Source: Octopus bimaculoides (Eukaryota). Taken from it: DNA of 64,000 bases. The stretch lies in contig NC_068994.1 of the NCBI RefSeq assembly GCF_001194135.2, positions 17,998,879-18,062,878 on the forward strand, read 5' to 3'. How positions within the stretch are numbered: the first letter of the stretch is position 1; each line of letters opens with the position of its first letter. A model generated the notes under the pieces. It was not told the DNA's origin. It searched no databases and saw nothing but the letters and a program-made list of their open reading frames with translations. The translations under genes were made by a program, and so were the position numbers. Shown here one piece after another: positions 12,346 through 24,150 of this stretch.

Positions 12346-13439
12346 CTGCTTAATAATGATAAAGTACTGTTGAGAAATTTTTCATAATTTTCAAAATTAA
12401 TTGAAACAAAGGCCGTATATTTCGTCAGAAATATGGTAATGAAAATGTTAAAATTGGTATTTGAGAGGCAAAATGTTTCAAGCAGAAACTGTGCCTAGCT
12501 AGATGTTTAAAGTAATGGCATGTGATACAAGATGTTTTAAATTAATGACGACAAACCCAATAGTTCAAATTTTGATAGACAGTGTGATGTGCCCCTGAAC
12601 AACATAGAATTTCCTGTATGCTTCTTTCAGAAACATAGACGAAAATAGGTGCCAATCCTGTTTTTCTCAGTATATAAGGAAATATATATAAAAAAGGATA
12701 TATAACATGTACAATTATTTCATGCTCTGATATATTGCATATGCAAATATTTCAATTTTCAGATTCTTCTTTTCCTACTTTAGCAGAGATAGATGGATGA
12801 CCAACTATTTAAAGGTAGTGGGGAGTACATTTTGATCTATATAGATTTATATCTTTTAATAAAAGACATATGGTACATTGTTTATATGTGTAGTATGTAA
12901 TATTTATAACTAACTGCCATAAGGGAATTTTTACACAACCTAGACTAGGCACTAGCACATCGCCTTCATTAGATTAATGTAATTTTCTAAATAGCGTTTA
13001 TTTTTTTTAAACATGATTATTATTATAGTTGCTGTTGTCTTTCTTACCATTTTCCTTTATTATTTGGAGTAGAGAAGTGTTTTGTAAATAAAATATCTTC
13101 AATTCAAAGGGAAATTTTAGGTGTGTTCCTGACTTTTTTTCTAAAGAAAACATTCTCAAAAGTTAACACAAATGGGGCTATTTCTTTCATTATTTTTTTC
13201 AAACACTGAAAATGTTTTATCTAAACTAAATCATTACAAGCATGACATTTCATTGTATTGTTAATGACCCAATGAAAGATATGTATGTTATAAACTTGGC
13301 TGAATTTCTCCTTATCTAAAAGTCTAAGGCACCTTGCCTATATAAGAAGAAATTGTTATATTTAATCTATAATAAATCTCTGAGCAAAGATATAAACAGT
13401 AGAAATACAGAATCGTAACATATAATTGCCAACCAAGTG

Positions 13440-13525
13440 TGGCATCCTGTAAAGGACAGCACACTTGTCATGAAAACAGAGAGGTGTGGGTTTGAGTCCC
13501 AGGCATATAGAAAACTTACTTTTTT
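13440..13525 (+). mobile_element. tRNA-like SINE head
   Basis: B-box-like GGTTTGAGTCCC followed by a T-run; no intact cloverleaf. Confidence 0.35.
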
Positions 13526-13631
13526 CTGTTGAGGGCTTATATGCCCCAATATTAGACTATTTTCTTCAGTTAATACACAGTGATTGCTTATAAGCTTTAA
13601 GCTTATAAAATATTATTATTATTTACAGAAT

Positions 13632-13845
13632 TACAAGGTGGTGAGCTGACAGAGTTGTTAGCACACTGGACAAAATGATTATTCGTATTTTGCCTATTGC
13701 TACATTCTGAGTTCAAATTTCGCCAAGGTCAACTTTGCCTTTCATTCTTTCAGGGTCGGTAAATTAAGTACCACTGGGGTTGATGTAATCAACTAGTCAC
13801 TCCCACCCCAAATTTTAGGCCTTGTGCCTTTAGTAGAAAGGATTC
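13632..13845 (+). mobile_element. SINE family C
   Basis: ggtggtgagctgacagagttgttagc...ttctgagttcaaatttcgcc. Confidence 0.8.
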
Positions 13846-13919
13846 TTTACAGAATTGTAAAATCAACACTGTTTATCAAATCATTGCAGAAAACATACAT
13901 GTTCAGTTATATATATATA

Positions 13920-14110
13920 CAGGGGTTGGACAAAATAATGGAAACACCTAGAATCATAGTATCATAATATTGAAATATCTTTAAAACTGTCAAAAGCTTG
14001 TTTATTTTTATGTTTTTTAGTTTATTATTAGTGTTGCTTAATATGTTTTGCTGAGTCAAACTGTTATGCAACTCCTACCAAATGTGTTGAATGCCACTTT
14101 CTTTTGTTTA
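13920..14110 (+). mobile_element. Tc1-like left terminus
   Basis: TA|CAGGGGTTGGACAAAATAATGGAAACAC is a Tc1-type TIR after a TA run. Confidence 0.6.
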
Positions 14111-14207
14111 CCTGCCCATTTGTGCCTACACACACACACACACACACACATACTCTACTCTTCTGCCCATGCTCTTCCTGTTGCCATATATATATGTGTG
14201 TGTGTGT

Positions 14208-14362
14208 GAGGCGTGGTTGTGTGGTAAGTTTGCTTGCCAACCACATGGTTAGGGGTTCAGTTGCACAATGTGGCATCTTGGGCAAGTGTCTTCTACTATA
14301 ACCTCAGACCAACCAAAGCCTGGTGAGTGGATTTGATAGATGGAAACTGAGAGAAGACTGTG

Positions 14363-14419
<57 letters not shown>

Positions 14420-14630
14420 TTTGTATCTGTGTTTGTCTCCCATCACCGCTTGACAACTGGTGTTGGTGTGTTTACATCCCTGTAACTTAGCAGTTCAGCA
14501 ACAATGACTGATAGAATAAGTACCAGCTTTTACGAAAAACCAATAAGTACTGCGGTTGATAAGGTCAGCTAAAATTCGTCAATGTGGTGCCCCAGCATGT
14601 CTGCAGTCTAATAACTAAACAAGTAAAAGA
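14208..14630 (+). mobile_element. SINE family B with internal (TG)n
   Basis: gtggttgtgtggtaagtttgcttgccaaccacatgg head; aaacaagtaaaaga tail. Confidence 0.85.
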
Positions 14631-14866
14631 TATGTGTGTGTGTGTGTGAGTATACACATCTATCCTACCCCTCTAACCCTGTTCAACTGTAAGGTGAGAA
14701 AAGTGTTCAGTTCAGTGCCATGTTTACAGAGTAACAAATCGTCAGCCACATTATCCAAGCTCACAACTCTCTTTCAGTTAAAATTATACAAACACTTTAC
14801 TTGACACAGCATGCATCTTGGAAATCCATCACATTTTATGTATTACATTAAAAACAAATAGCTTAC

Positions 14867-15038
14867 TTCTAGTGGAGGGTCGGTAAGTTGGAATATGTGA
14901 TCGTGGAGAGGAATGTTTTTTAGAACAGCACCTGTGATGCATATTGCCAGGCTGACTGCACTAAGTGCAGGAGTACCTGAAAGCCACTTTTTAATTGGTG
15001 AATCTGGTGGTAAGATTATTTCAGATTTGCATTTTCCT
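14867..15038 (-). CDS. Internal coding exon of the same gene (GKCKSEIILPPDSPIKKWLSG...LTDPPLE)
   Basis: Acceptor tctttctattccag|A; donor GAA|GTAAGC; 172 nt open, phase 2 in, phase 0 out. Confidence 0.8.
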
Positions 15039-15169
15039 CTGGAATAGAAAGATTCAGAAAAATAATTTGATAAGAAATAAAAATATAAAAGATATTCAAT
15101 TAGCATACTAAACATTGCATAGCTTTTATTAAGTTGTCATTATTATTACTGACCAATGTTGTTTAACTT

Positions 15170-16003
15170 TAATCCTTTAATATTCAAACCAATCGTATCC
15201 AGCCCAAATATCCCACTGCTTTATGTTCAAACTGATCAGATTGGGCCTCTCACACCTGTTCTTCAATGTCATTTTAAAAATAAACAATCACATCATTGAA
15301 ATCTTGAAGCTACAAGATGCTCTTTTACTCTTTTACTTGTTTCAATCATTTGACTGCAACCATGCTGGAGCACTGCCTTTAGTCAAGCAAATCAACCCTA
15401 GGACTTATTCTTTGTAAGCCTAGTACTTATTCTATCGATCTCTTTTGCCGAACCGCTAAGTTACGGGGATGTAAACACACCAGCATCGGTTGTCAACCGG
15501 TGTTTGGGGGGGGGGACAAACACATATAGACACACATACATATATATATATATACGACAGGCTTCTTTCAGTTTCCGTCTACCAGATCCACTCACAAGGC
15601 TTTAGTCGGCCCAAGGCTATAGTAGAAGACACTTGCCCAAGGTGCCACGCAGTGGGACTGAACCCGAAACCATGTGGTTGGTAAGCAAGCTACTTACCAC
15701 ACAGCCACTCCTGCGTCTATAATGCATGATTAATTCAAAACAATGTGAATATATAAGTATTATATTTAATAGAGTAATCTGAATACTAAAGGGTTAAAAC
15801 AGCCATATCCAGCCAAAATATTCCATGTTTTGTGTTCAAACTGACTAGATCCAGACCTTACACCTACCCTACAATGTCATTCTAAAAATAAACAATCATG
15901 TCAGTGAAATCTTGAAGCTAAAAGATAATGCATAATGAATTCAATACAATATGAACAAATAAGCATTACATTTGACAGAGTAATCTGAATGCTAAAGGGT
16001 TAA
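15170..16003. mobile_element. Two tandem piggyBac-type MITE copies, the first split by a SINE
   Basis: MITE sequence stops at 15320 and resumes at ~15718; AAAGGG|TTAA right ends at ~15797 and ~16003. Confidence 0.75.
15321..15715 (-). mobile_element. SINE family B (well preserved)
   Basis: Full head-to-tail match to other B copies; CpGs retained. Confidence 0.9.
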
Positions 16004-16948
16004 GCCAGCCCTGACTAAGCAGATTTATGATCAAAGGCAATCCAGCTACAAAGAGCTATAAATTTAGAATTATATCATTCAATATATTCTTCCATTTTAC
16101 GCTAACAGAGTATAATCCGAGGGGCTTTGTTTGCTGTTTCTAGCAGATCAAATTACTGTGGCTTATTATTTATTGAGTTTGTAAGGTAGGCAGACACTTA
16201 CAAACACCAAACCATATATTAATTTAAGAGTTCAAATTCCAAGCACAAGGAACATACTGGTTTCTGAGCAAAACATAACTCTACCTGTGCTGGTTTTCCA
16301 AACTGAAAATTGCTACCAAGCTATACAAAGAAGTTAATTAGCAGCAGAGAAGTGATCAATCAAATACAAGCTCAGCCATGGCTGTGTGGTTAAGAAATTC
16401 ACTTCACAATCTTGTGATTTCAGGTTCAATTCCTTTATGTTATATCTCAGGCAAATGTCTTCTACTGTAACCTCTAATCAGTTAACCAACATTTTTTGAG
16501 TAGAATCTGATAGATGGAAACTATGCAGAAATCCATCAGGTGAAACAAACATAGGAGAAGCTTTGTCTTCTAGAAACTACAGGAACTTCTCCTGATGATG
16601 ACTAGAGCTCTTCTGATGATGATGACTAGAGCTTTCACAATGTTGGAAACCCTTCTGCATCTTCAGCATGCATCTGTGTCTATGCTTAAGGTTGTGCCAG
16701 CCTAAAGAACATGTATGTTTATCATTGTACCTCTTTATATCCTACAGGTTTGACAAATAGAGATTAATAAAATAATACCAGACTGAAAGAGATACTGAGA
16801 TCAATATGATTAATTGAACCCTTGACTGGAGTGCTCCAGCATGGCCAAGAGTCCATTGCCTGCAACCAGCAAAGGAATAATATTGAAAACTTGTAAGGAT
16901 CTCTTGCAGTAAAAGTTTCATTTTTACTGGGGTGAGGTGCACAATTGT

Positions 16949-17260
16949 GGAGGTGCAATGGCCCAGTGGTTAGGGCAGCAGACTCGCGGTCGGAGGATCG
17001 CAGTTTTGATTCCCAGACCGGGCGTTGTGAGTGTTTATTGAGCGAAAACACCTAAGCTCCACGAGGCTCCGGCAGCGGGGTGGAGACCCCTGTTGTACTC
17101 TTTCACCTCAACTTTCTCTTACTCTTTCTTCTCGTTTCTTGAGTAACGCTGCGATGGACTGGCATCCCGTCCAGCTGGAGAGAACACAAATGCCATAGAA
17201 ACCGGGAAACTGGGGCCATGAGCCTAGCTAGGCTTTGAAAGGGTGAAGAAAAAAAAAGGG
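16949..17260 (+). mobile_element. SINE family A
   Basis: tRNA-like head ggaggtgcaatggcccagtggttagggc; A-rich tail; 10-bp repeat ggtgcacaat at 16936-16945 and 17261-17270 (likely TSD). Confidence 0.9.
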
Positions 17261-17345
17261 GGTGCACAATCATCATCTTATAAAGAATGAGGAGATTGAT
17301 GAAATATATTTAGTTATTTAATTCAGCAGAACATGTGACTATATA

Positions 17346-18365
17346 GGAACTTTTCTGTTTGGTTTCCAGCGGCGCGACTGCCAGTGTCAATTTTCTGTTT
17401 GAATTGATTTCATATTCAGTGTAATGACACTCTTATTGGTTATTAAATGATGTGAAAGTAATTTTCACTATAAATCAATAAATAAAGAGTTATTAGTAAT
17501 TAAAGTTTGAAAGTTTTGGTAATTTTAGCCAATCGTAAGCCACAGACACATTCATGGCTGTTTCAGTAGTAAGAAGCAGAACATGAGAACTCCTTTGTCT
17601 CTCGACGTTGCTGTTGCCATAGTAACAAGCGAATCCAAGCAGTCTTTGAAAAGTCTTATCTGCAAGGAAGCATGTGTTGACAAATTTGATGCTGTGTTTT
17701 GTGTGATTATGGCAGCAAGCTCAAACATATTAAAACTGTTTGTTTAATGTTTGTTTCTTTTTGTCATTGAGCATTGAGGTGGTTGTGAGGTGTGCTAAAA
17801 ATAACAGCTAAATAAGATCTTTTGGATAAATATTTTAAATTAAAGTCTGTTTGCCAGCATCTTGCCCAGAGATTTAAAACTAACTGTTTTTCGCTTTTAA
17901 ACATAAACATTTATTTACATGAAAGTACTGGAGAACTTTCATCTAATTCTTTCTGTTAAAAATTGTAATGTGTTTATCGCATGTAACATGTTGTTTATTG
18001 CATTTGCATTAAACACTGGTGGTTGTGAGGTGTGCTAAAAATAACAGCTAAATAAGATTTATTTACACGAAAGGAAATTACCGGAAACTTAACACGTTAT
18101 TTACAAATATTGACAACACGTGCCATTTTCAGGATGTTGATGACAAATGTGCAGTCACGCACAAAATAACAGTTTCCAAATCCTGTTTCCTGACCAGGTG
18201 AAAATGACCATACTTAAAACCTCTATAACTTTTTTAAAACATTTTCCGGGAAAAAAACAAATAACTCCAGCAATTCAGTTTGGGAAAGTGTATTATTGTG
18301 CCAAATTTAAAATTTTCGGTAAATTTTAATTTTTGGAGCCACTGGCAACCAAACAGAAAAGATCC
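17346..18365. mobile_element. Non-autonomous DNA transposon with ~27-bp TIRs
   Basis: Left GGAACTTTTCTGTTTGGTTTCCAGCGGC versus right-end reverse complement GGATCTTTTCTGTTTGGTTGCCAGTGGC; TA on both flanks; internal repeat with period 240. Confidence 0.7.
17613..17626. promoter_or_regulatory. RFX X-box-like motif
   Basis: GTTGCCATAGTAAC fits the X-box consensus; function not shown. Confidence 0.35.
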
Positions 18366-18964
18366 TAGGGTTCTATTCAAGTAGAAGTTTGTCTCACATT
18401 TATTAGCAAAAGGCTATGGGCCTAAACACTAATCTAATGGTTCACTGGAAGATGTAGCAGGATTAATTTCAATTAATTTTGGATTATCTACATCAAACAG
18501 GGTGCATGACTAACCAGGAAAAACTAATGGAACAATAATTATTAATCTAAGACCAGAGTAGCAATAAGAGAAGCAAAATAAAATTGATATGACAGAATAG
18601 TGATAAAAAAAAAAACAGTTAATCCTTTTTATAGCCTAGATGAAAGTATGACTACACTCCCATCAGAGCATCAACACTTTAAGCTATAATTCCAAATATA
18701 GTTCCGAAACTTTGGTAGTACATCTATCTTTGAATACAAACTGATGGTGTTAGGGTCTTGATCATAGATATTCTCGGTGATTACACCAGTGATGTAATAA
18801 AAATTATTTTAACGATGTATCTAATAAGTAGAGAAATTTGATGGATTCAATAGAAGAAAAAGCTAAATTTTGATTATTTTCCAATTTTATTTGGTGGCCT
18901 TTACAGTATTTAAACATCTTTGCCCTTTTAATCATGGCATGTGTATATATATATATATATATAT

Positions 18965-19490
18965 CATCATCATCATCATCGTTTAACGTCCGCTTTCCAT
19001 GCTAGCATGGGTTGGACGATTTGACTGAGGACTGGCGAACCAGATGGCTACACCAGGCTCCAATCTGATTTGGCAGAGTTTCTACAGCTGGATGCCCTTC
19101 CTAACACCAACCACTCCGAGAGTGTAGTGGGTGCTTTTACGTGTCACCCGCACGAAGGCCAGTCAGGCGGTACTGGCAACGGCCATGCTCAAAATGGTGT
19201 ATTTTATGTGCCACCCGCACAAGAGCCAGTCCAGCGGCACTGGCAACGATCTCGCTCGAAAGTCCTTACACATGCCACGAACACAAGTGCCAGAAAGGCA
19301 ACGCTGGGCACAGGTGCCATCAAGATTTCGCTTTCGCTTGCCCCAACAGGTCTTCGCAAGCCGAGTTTTGTGTCCAATGAAGGAGACGACGTTGACATGG
19401 GTGCCAGTCATCGAATTTAGCTCGATTTCGATTTCACTTGCCTCAACAGGTCTTTGCAAGTAGAGTTTAGTGTCCAATGAAGGAAAGGTA
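18965..19490 (-). mobile_element. CpG-rich retroposon (family F) with (GAT)n tail and internal duplications
   Basis: Ends ggaaagcggacgttaaacgatgatgatg on the minus strand; same tail at 28210, 28520, 29220 and 40400. Confidence 0.75.
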
Positions 19491-19599
19491 TGCATTATAT
19501 ATACACACATGTCCTTGTTGCCTTCCAAACACCAATCACTTTACAGGGTGAACTATGTGCATTTTTCCTGGTACCACCACCACTGAGGATGCCTTGCAA

Positions 19600-20015
19600 A
19601 TTGCAAGATTAAAAGGCCCAAAGGGGACTCTAAAACTGAAGAAGAATAGCAAAGAGAGAGGGACAGTGAATGATGATTTTAAGTGATGTGATGAGAGAGG
19701 GCGAAGTGTAATGAGAAGAATAGTTTTATAGTTGTAAGAGGGTGGTAGTAAGAAGAGTAACAGAGTAGTCACTTTTAGGAAAGGGAGTGCTGAACGAACA
19801 AATGAAAGGAAAAGCATTAGTGTCAGTGGTTAGTGAGATGGGGATAAAGTGGTAAGGGCAATGAGGAAGGTTGTGAAGAGGGAGTCCAGGACTACCTCAG
19901 CATATAAGGGCAGGTATGAGTGAAGGCTCTGTGGGGAAGGGAAGATGAAAAAGAGAAAGTTGAAGAGGATGGTGAAGTCATAGAGAGAGCAATTGAACAC
20001 ACACATCTTACACAA
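19600..20015 (-). mobile_element. Possible decayed Penelope-like RT fragment
   Basis: Weak motifs SLHSYLPL..EVVLDSLF, LTTDTNAFPF and NYKT...SSHH. Confidence 0.35.
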
Positions 20016-20512
20016 TAATGGGGAAAGCCACCTATTAATTAGCTTGGTTTATGTAGATTTTACTAAAAGAAAGCAATTCTTAAAGTCTACATTGTCTAGA
20101 AAATTCTTAAAAGTTCCAATTTTAGTATATTTTTATTAAAATGTAGTTTTCATGTTTCTTTTATTATTGAAGATTTCAACTAATTTTAATTCACCATGAG
20201 ATAGCATTTTTTGAAAACTTACACTGTCTGATGGTGTTTTTTTAACATTTTACTCCCTTCTCTCTCTTTCCATTGAAAGGGTTAATGATAAATTGCTTTC
20301 AAACTTGCAACTCCTCTACCCTGATTATAAATTCACCTTTATGTTAATAATCATTGGTGCACTTAGCTATGTTAATAAATGTTTCAGAGGAAATCATGTA
20401 AAGCTATAATTCTCAAGTAAAAAAGATGACTAGCTAGCTAATATGCATTTTGCAAATACAATCTGTAAGTGGAGCAGTAAAAATATGCAAAACTTTTCTA
20501 AATTTGTAAGTA

Positions 20513-20571
20513 CAGGTGTGGCTGTGTGGTAAGAAGCTTCCTTCCAACCACATGGTTCTGGGTTCATATAT

Positions 20572-20618
<47 letters not shown>

Positions 20619-20865
20619 TGTATGTATATATGTGTGTGTGTGTGTGGCTTTGTGTCTGACCGCCACCACCACTTGACAATCAGTGCTGGTGTGTTTGCAT
20701 ATCCGTAACTTACTGGTTTAGCAAAAGAGACTGATAGAATAAGTAATAGGCTTAAAAAAAAAAAATATGTACTGGAGTCGATTCATTTGACTAAAGAAAA
20801 AAATTCAAGGCAGTGCCCCAGCATGGCCATTGTCTAATGGCTGAAACAAGTAAATTATAAAAGAT
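20513..20865 (+). mobile_element. SINE family B with internal (TAGA)n/(TG)n
   Basis: Head and tail match other B copies. Confidence 0.85.
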
Positions 20866-21068
20866 AAGTGATAAATTTCAACAAGGACACTTATCACTTT
20901 TCTTATCAAAATTTCAGAGATGAAGCTTTGTTTCATTGTTCAGAACCAAGCTCTTCCTTGTAAAAAGAATTCAAATAATTGAATACACACACACAAATGA
21001 AGACAAGCATGATAATGCAGTAGTCATTATATTATAAACAGTGTCAATTTAGTAAAGGTAAACTTTAC

Positions 21069-21227
21069 TTGGTAGATTTCTTGTTCGGAGATTGTTTATT
21101 TTGTTTCGAGCCCCTCCTGTCTTTGTCTGTATCAGCTTCAGCATTATCTTCACTGATACAAGCATCTGTTACTTTTCTATTTATTGGCTGTTTGTCAGCT
21201 TCCAGTTGCAAGTCTGAGAAAAAGTCC
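21069..21227 (-). CDS. Internal coding exon of the same gene (DFFSDLQLEADKQ...SPNKKSTK)
   Basis: Acceptor ttctcacccgtttcag|G; donor AA|GTAAAG; 159 nt open, phase 2 in and out, matching both neighbours. Confidence 0.8.
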
Positions 21228-21655
21228 CTGAAACGGGTGAGAAATTAAAACAAAAACAGTAAAATAAAACAATTGTTTCATAAGTATACATACCCACCCA
21301 CAAAAAAAAACTCCAGTTAAGAATAATTAACTAAATTATTCAAAGTGCAACAAAATGGTCACAGTTTAATGACTGAAATTAGTTGTGTGTGTATAAATAT
21401 ACATATATATACATACCATATATANNNNNNNNNNNNNNNNNNNNNNNNNNNNNNNNNNNNNNNNNNNNNNNNNNNNNNNNNNNNNNNNNNNNNNNNNNNN
21501 NNNNNNNNNNNNNNNNNNNNNNNNNNNNNNNNNNNNNNNNNNNNNNNNNNNNNNNNNNNNNTATATGTATATATCGTTTAACGTCCGCTTTCCATGCTAG
21601 CATGGGTTGGACAAGTATATATATATATATGATGCATACATATATATATATATAT

Positions 21656-22483
21656 GTAAATGACCGTGCGAACGTCAGGCTGCGTGTTTGAATCATGTCG
21701 GGTACGACCATGTATCACGTTGGGGTCACCATTTTGTAAATGACCAAGCAAAATGAGGTTTAGAAGAGACTGTCTCACGTGACCTTTTGAAGGCTGTGAT
21801 TAGTTGGGTTGCATATTGGCGAGCAATAGAGCAAGAGACAAATTGCACCAATACCAACCAATCAGAGTAGTGGACACAACAGGGTCCAAAAGGGTGGCCA
21901 AAGGCTAGCTGTTATCTACTACATCCGTATTTACGTATATATAACAGAGAGAGAGGAATTTCCTTCGAGTCGTATGCTACAGATAGCTCCCCTACCAGTC
22001 ATTTTGCGGAAGACAAAATAGACAATAAAAGGATGACATATCTGTAGCGAAGACGTGAAATTAGAAAGAGCGGTTGGTCATTAAAGTGAAATGAAGTTCA
22101 CATTCGCACTGAACTATCAGAAAGGAATGAGTGTTCTAAGACGGGGTCACCAATTTGTAAATGACCGTGCAAAAGTCGCGCTGTGTGTTTGAATCACGTC
22201 GGGTACAACTGCGTATCACGTCGGGGTCACCAATTTGTAAACGACTTTGCAAAGTGAGATTTAGAAGAGACTGTCTCACGTGACCTTATTTGAAGGCTGC
22301 GATTGGTTGGGTTGCATATTGGTGCACAGTAGAGCAAGAGACAAATTGCGCCAATACCAACCAATCAGAGTAGTGAAGACAACAAGGTTCAAAAGGGCAG
22401 CTGAAGGTTAGCTGTTATCTACTACATTCAAATTTATGTATATATAACAGAGAGAGAGGAATTTCTCTCAAGTCGTATGCTAC
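21656..22483. repeat. Direct tandem repeat, period ~501 bp, CpG-rich
   Basis: gtaaatgaccgtgc at 21656 and 22157; ~330 bp colinear similarity. Confidence 0.9.
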
Positions 22484-22555
22484 ACATATATATATACACA
22501 CACACAATGCATACATATATATATGTGCTTGTGCCTCTCTCCCAGAGAGTGAGAG

Positions 22556-22559
<4 letters not shown>

Positions 22560-22645
<86 letters not shown>
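22560..22645. repeat. (TA)n(GA)n microsatellite
   Basis: Directly visible. Confidence 0.95.
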
Positions 22646-22648
<3 letters not shown>

Positions 22649-23760
22649 AAGAGTGTTTGAAGTGATGTACAGATATATATTTAGAATAATAAGTTAGTAC
22701 ATNNNNNNNNNNNNNNNNNNNNNNNNNNNNNNNNNNNNNNNNNNNNNNNNNNNNNNNNNNNNNNNNNNNNNNNNNNNNNNNNNNNNNNNNNNNNNNNNNN
22801 NNNNNNNNNNNNNNNNNNNNNNNNNNNNNNNNNNNNNNNNNNNNNNNNNNNNNNNNNNNNNNNNNNNNNNNNNNNNNNNNNNNNNNNNNNNNNNNNNNNN
22901 NNNNNNNNNNNNNNNNNNNNNNNNNNNNNNNNNNNNNNNNNNNNNNNNNNNNNNNNNNNNNNNNNNNNNNNNNNNNNNNNNNNNNNNNNNNNNNNNNNNN
23001 NNNNNNNNNNNNNNNNNNNNNNNNNNNNNNNNNNNNNNNNNNNNNNNNNNNNNNNNNNNNNNNNNNNNNNNNNNNNNNNNNNNNNNNNNNNNNNNNNNNN
23101 NNNNNNNNNNNNNNNNNNNNNNNNNNNNNNNNNNNNNNNNNNNNNNNNNNNNNNNNNNNNNNNNNNNNNNNNNNNNNNNNNNNNNNNNNNNNNNNNNNNN
23201 NNNNNNNNNNNNNNNNNNNNNNNNNNNNNNNNNNNNNNNNNNNNNNNNNNNNNNNNNNNNNNNNNNNNNNNNNNNNNNNNNNNNNNNNNNNNNNNNNNNN
23301 NNNNNNNNNNNNNNNNNNNNNNNNNNNNNNNNNNNNNNNNNNNNNNNNNNNNNNNNNNNNNNNNNNNNNNNNNNNNNNNNNNNNNNNNNNNNNNNNNNNN
23401 NNNNNNNNNNNNNNNNNNNNNNNNNNNNNNNNNNNNNNNNNNNNNNNNNNNNNNNNNNNNNNNNNNNNNNNNNNNNNNNNNNNNNNNNNNNNNNNNNNNN
23501 NNNNNNNNNNNNNNNNNNNNNNNNNNNNNNNNNNNNNNNNNNNNNNNNNNNNNNNNNNNNNNNNNNNNNNNNNNNNNNNNNNNNNNNNNNNNNNNNNNNN
23601 NNNNNNNNNNNNNNNNNNNNNNNNNNNNNNNNNNNNNNNNNNNNNNNNNNNNNNNNNNNNNNNNNNNNNNNNNNNATACATATACATATATACAATATAT
23701 ATACATAGATATATACAATACATACATACATACCATACATATATATATATGCAATACATA

Positions 23761-23970
23761 TATGCCATACATACATATACAATACATACATACCATAAAT
23801 ACATATACAATACATACATACATACCATGCGTACATATACAATACATACATACCATAAATACATATACAATACATACATACATACCATACGTACATATAC
23901 AATACATACATACCATAAATACATATACAATACATACATACATACCATACGTACATATACAATACATACA
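23761..23970. repeat. 60-bp minisatellite built from TACA-type units
   Basis: Consecutive 60-nt lines 23761, 23821 and 23881 are nearly identical. Confidence 0.9.
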
Positions 23971-24150
23971 TATGCATCCATTCATATAGTTAAGGACTAT
24001 GTATATATTCATGAAGCAGGATTAGGAGAAATATAAATTTTCTTTTATAGTCAAACTTCAGTGAATATTTTTAATATTTTTGATAATAAAACTAAGGCTG
24101 GAGCACTACTATGGTACGCACTAGGTTGTTGATGTAATTCAGGGACTTAC

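Noticed and set aside
16949-17025. tRNA-like sequences with A/B boxes (also other SINE heads)
   Set aside because: Continue into SINE bodies with tails and TSDs; no complete cloverleaf, so not tRNA genes
19070-19528. Five overlapping ORFs on both strands
   Set aside because: GC-rich repeat with few stops; no domain motifs or splice support
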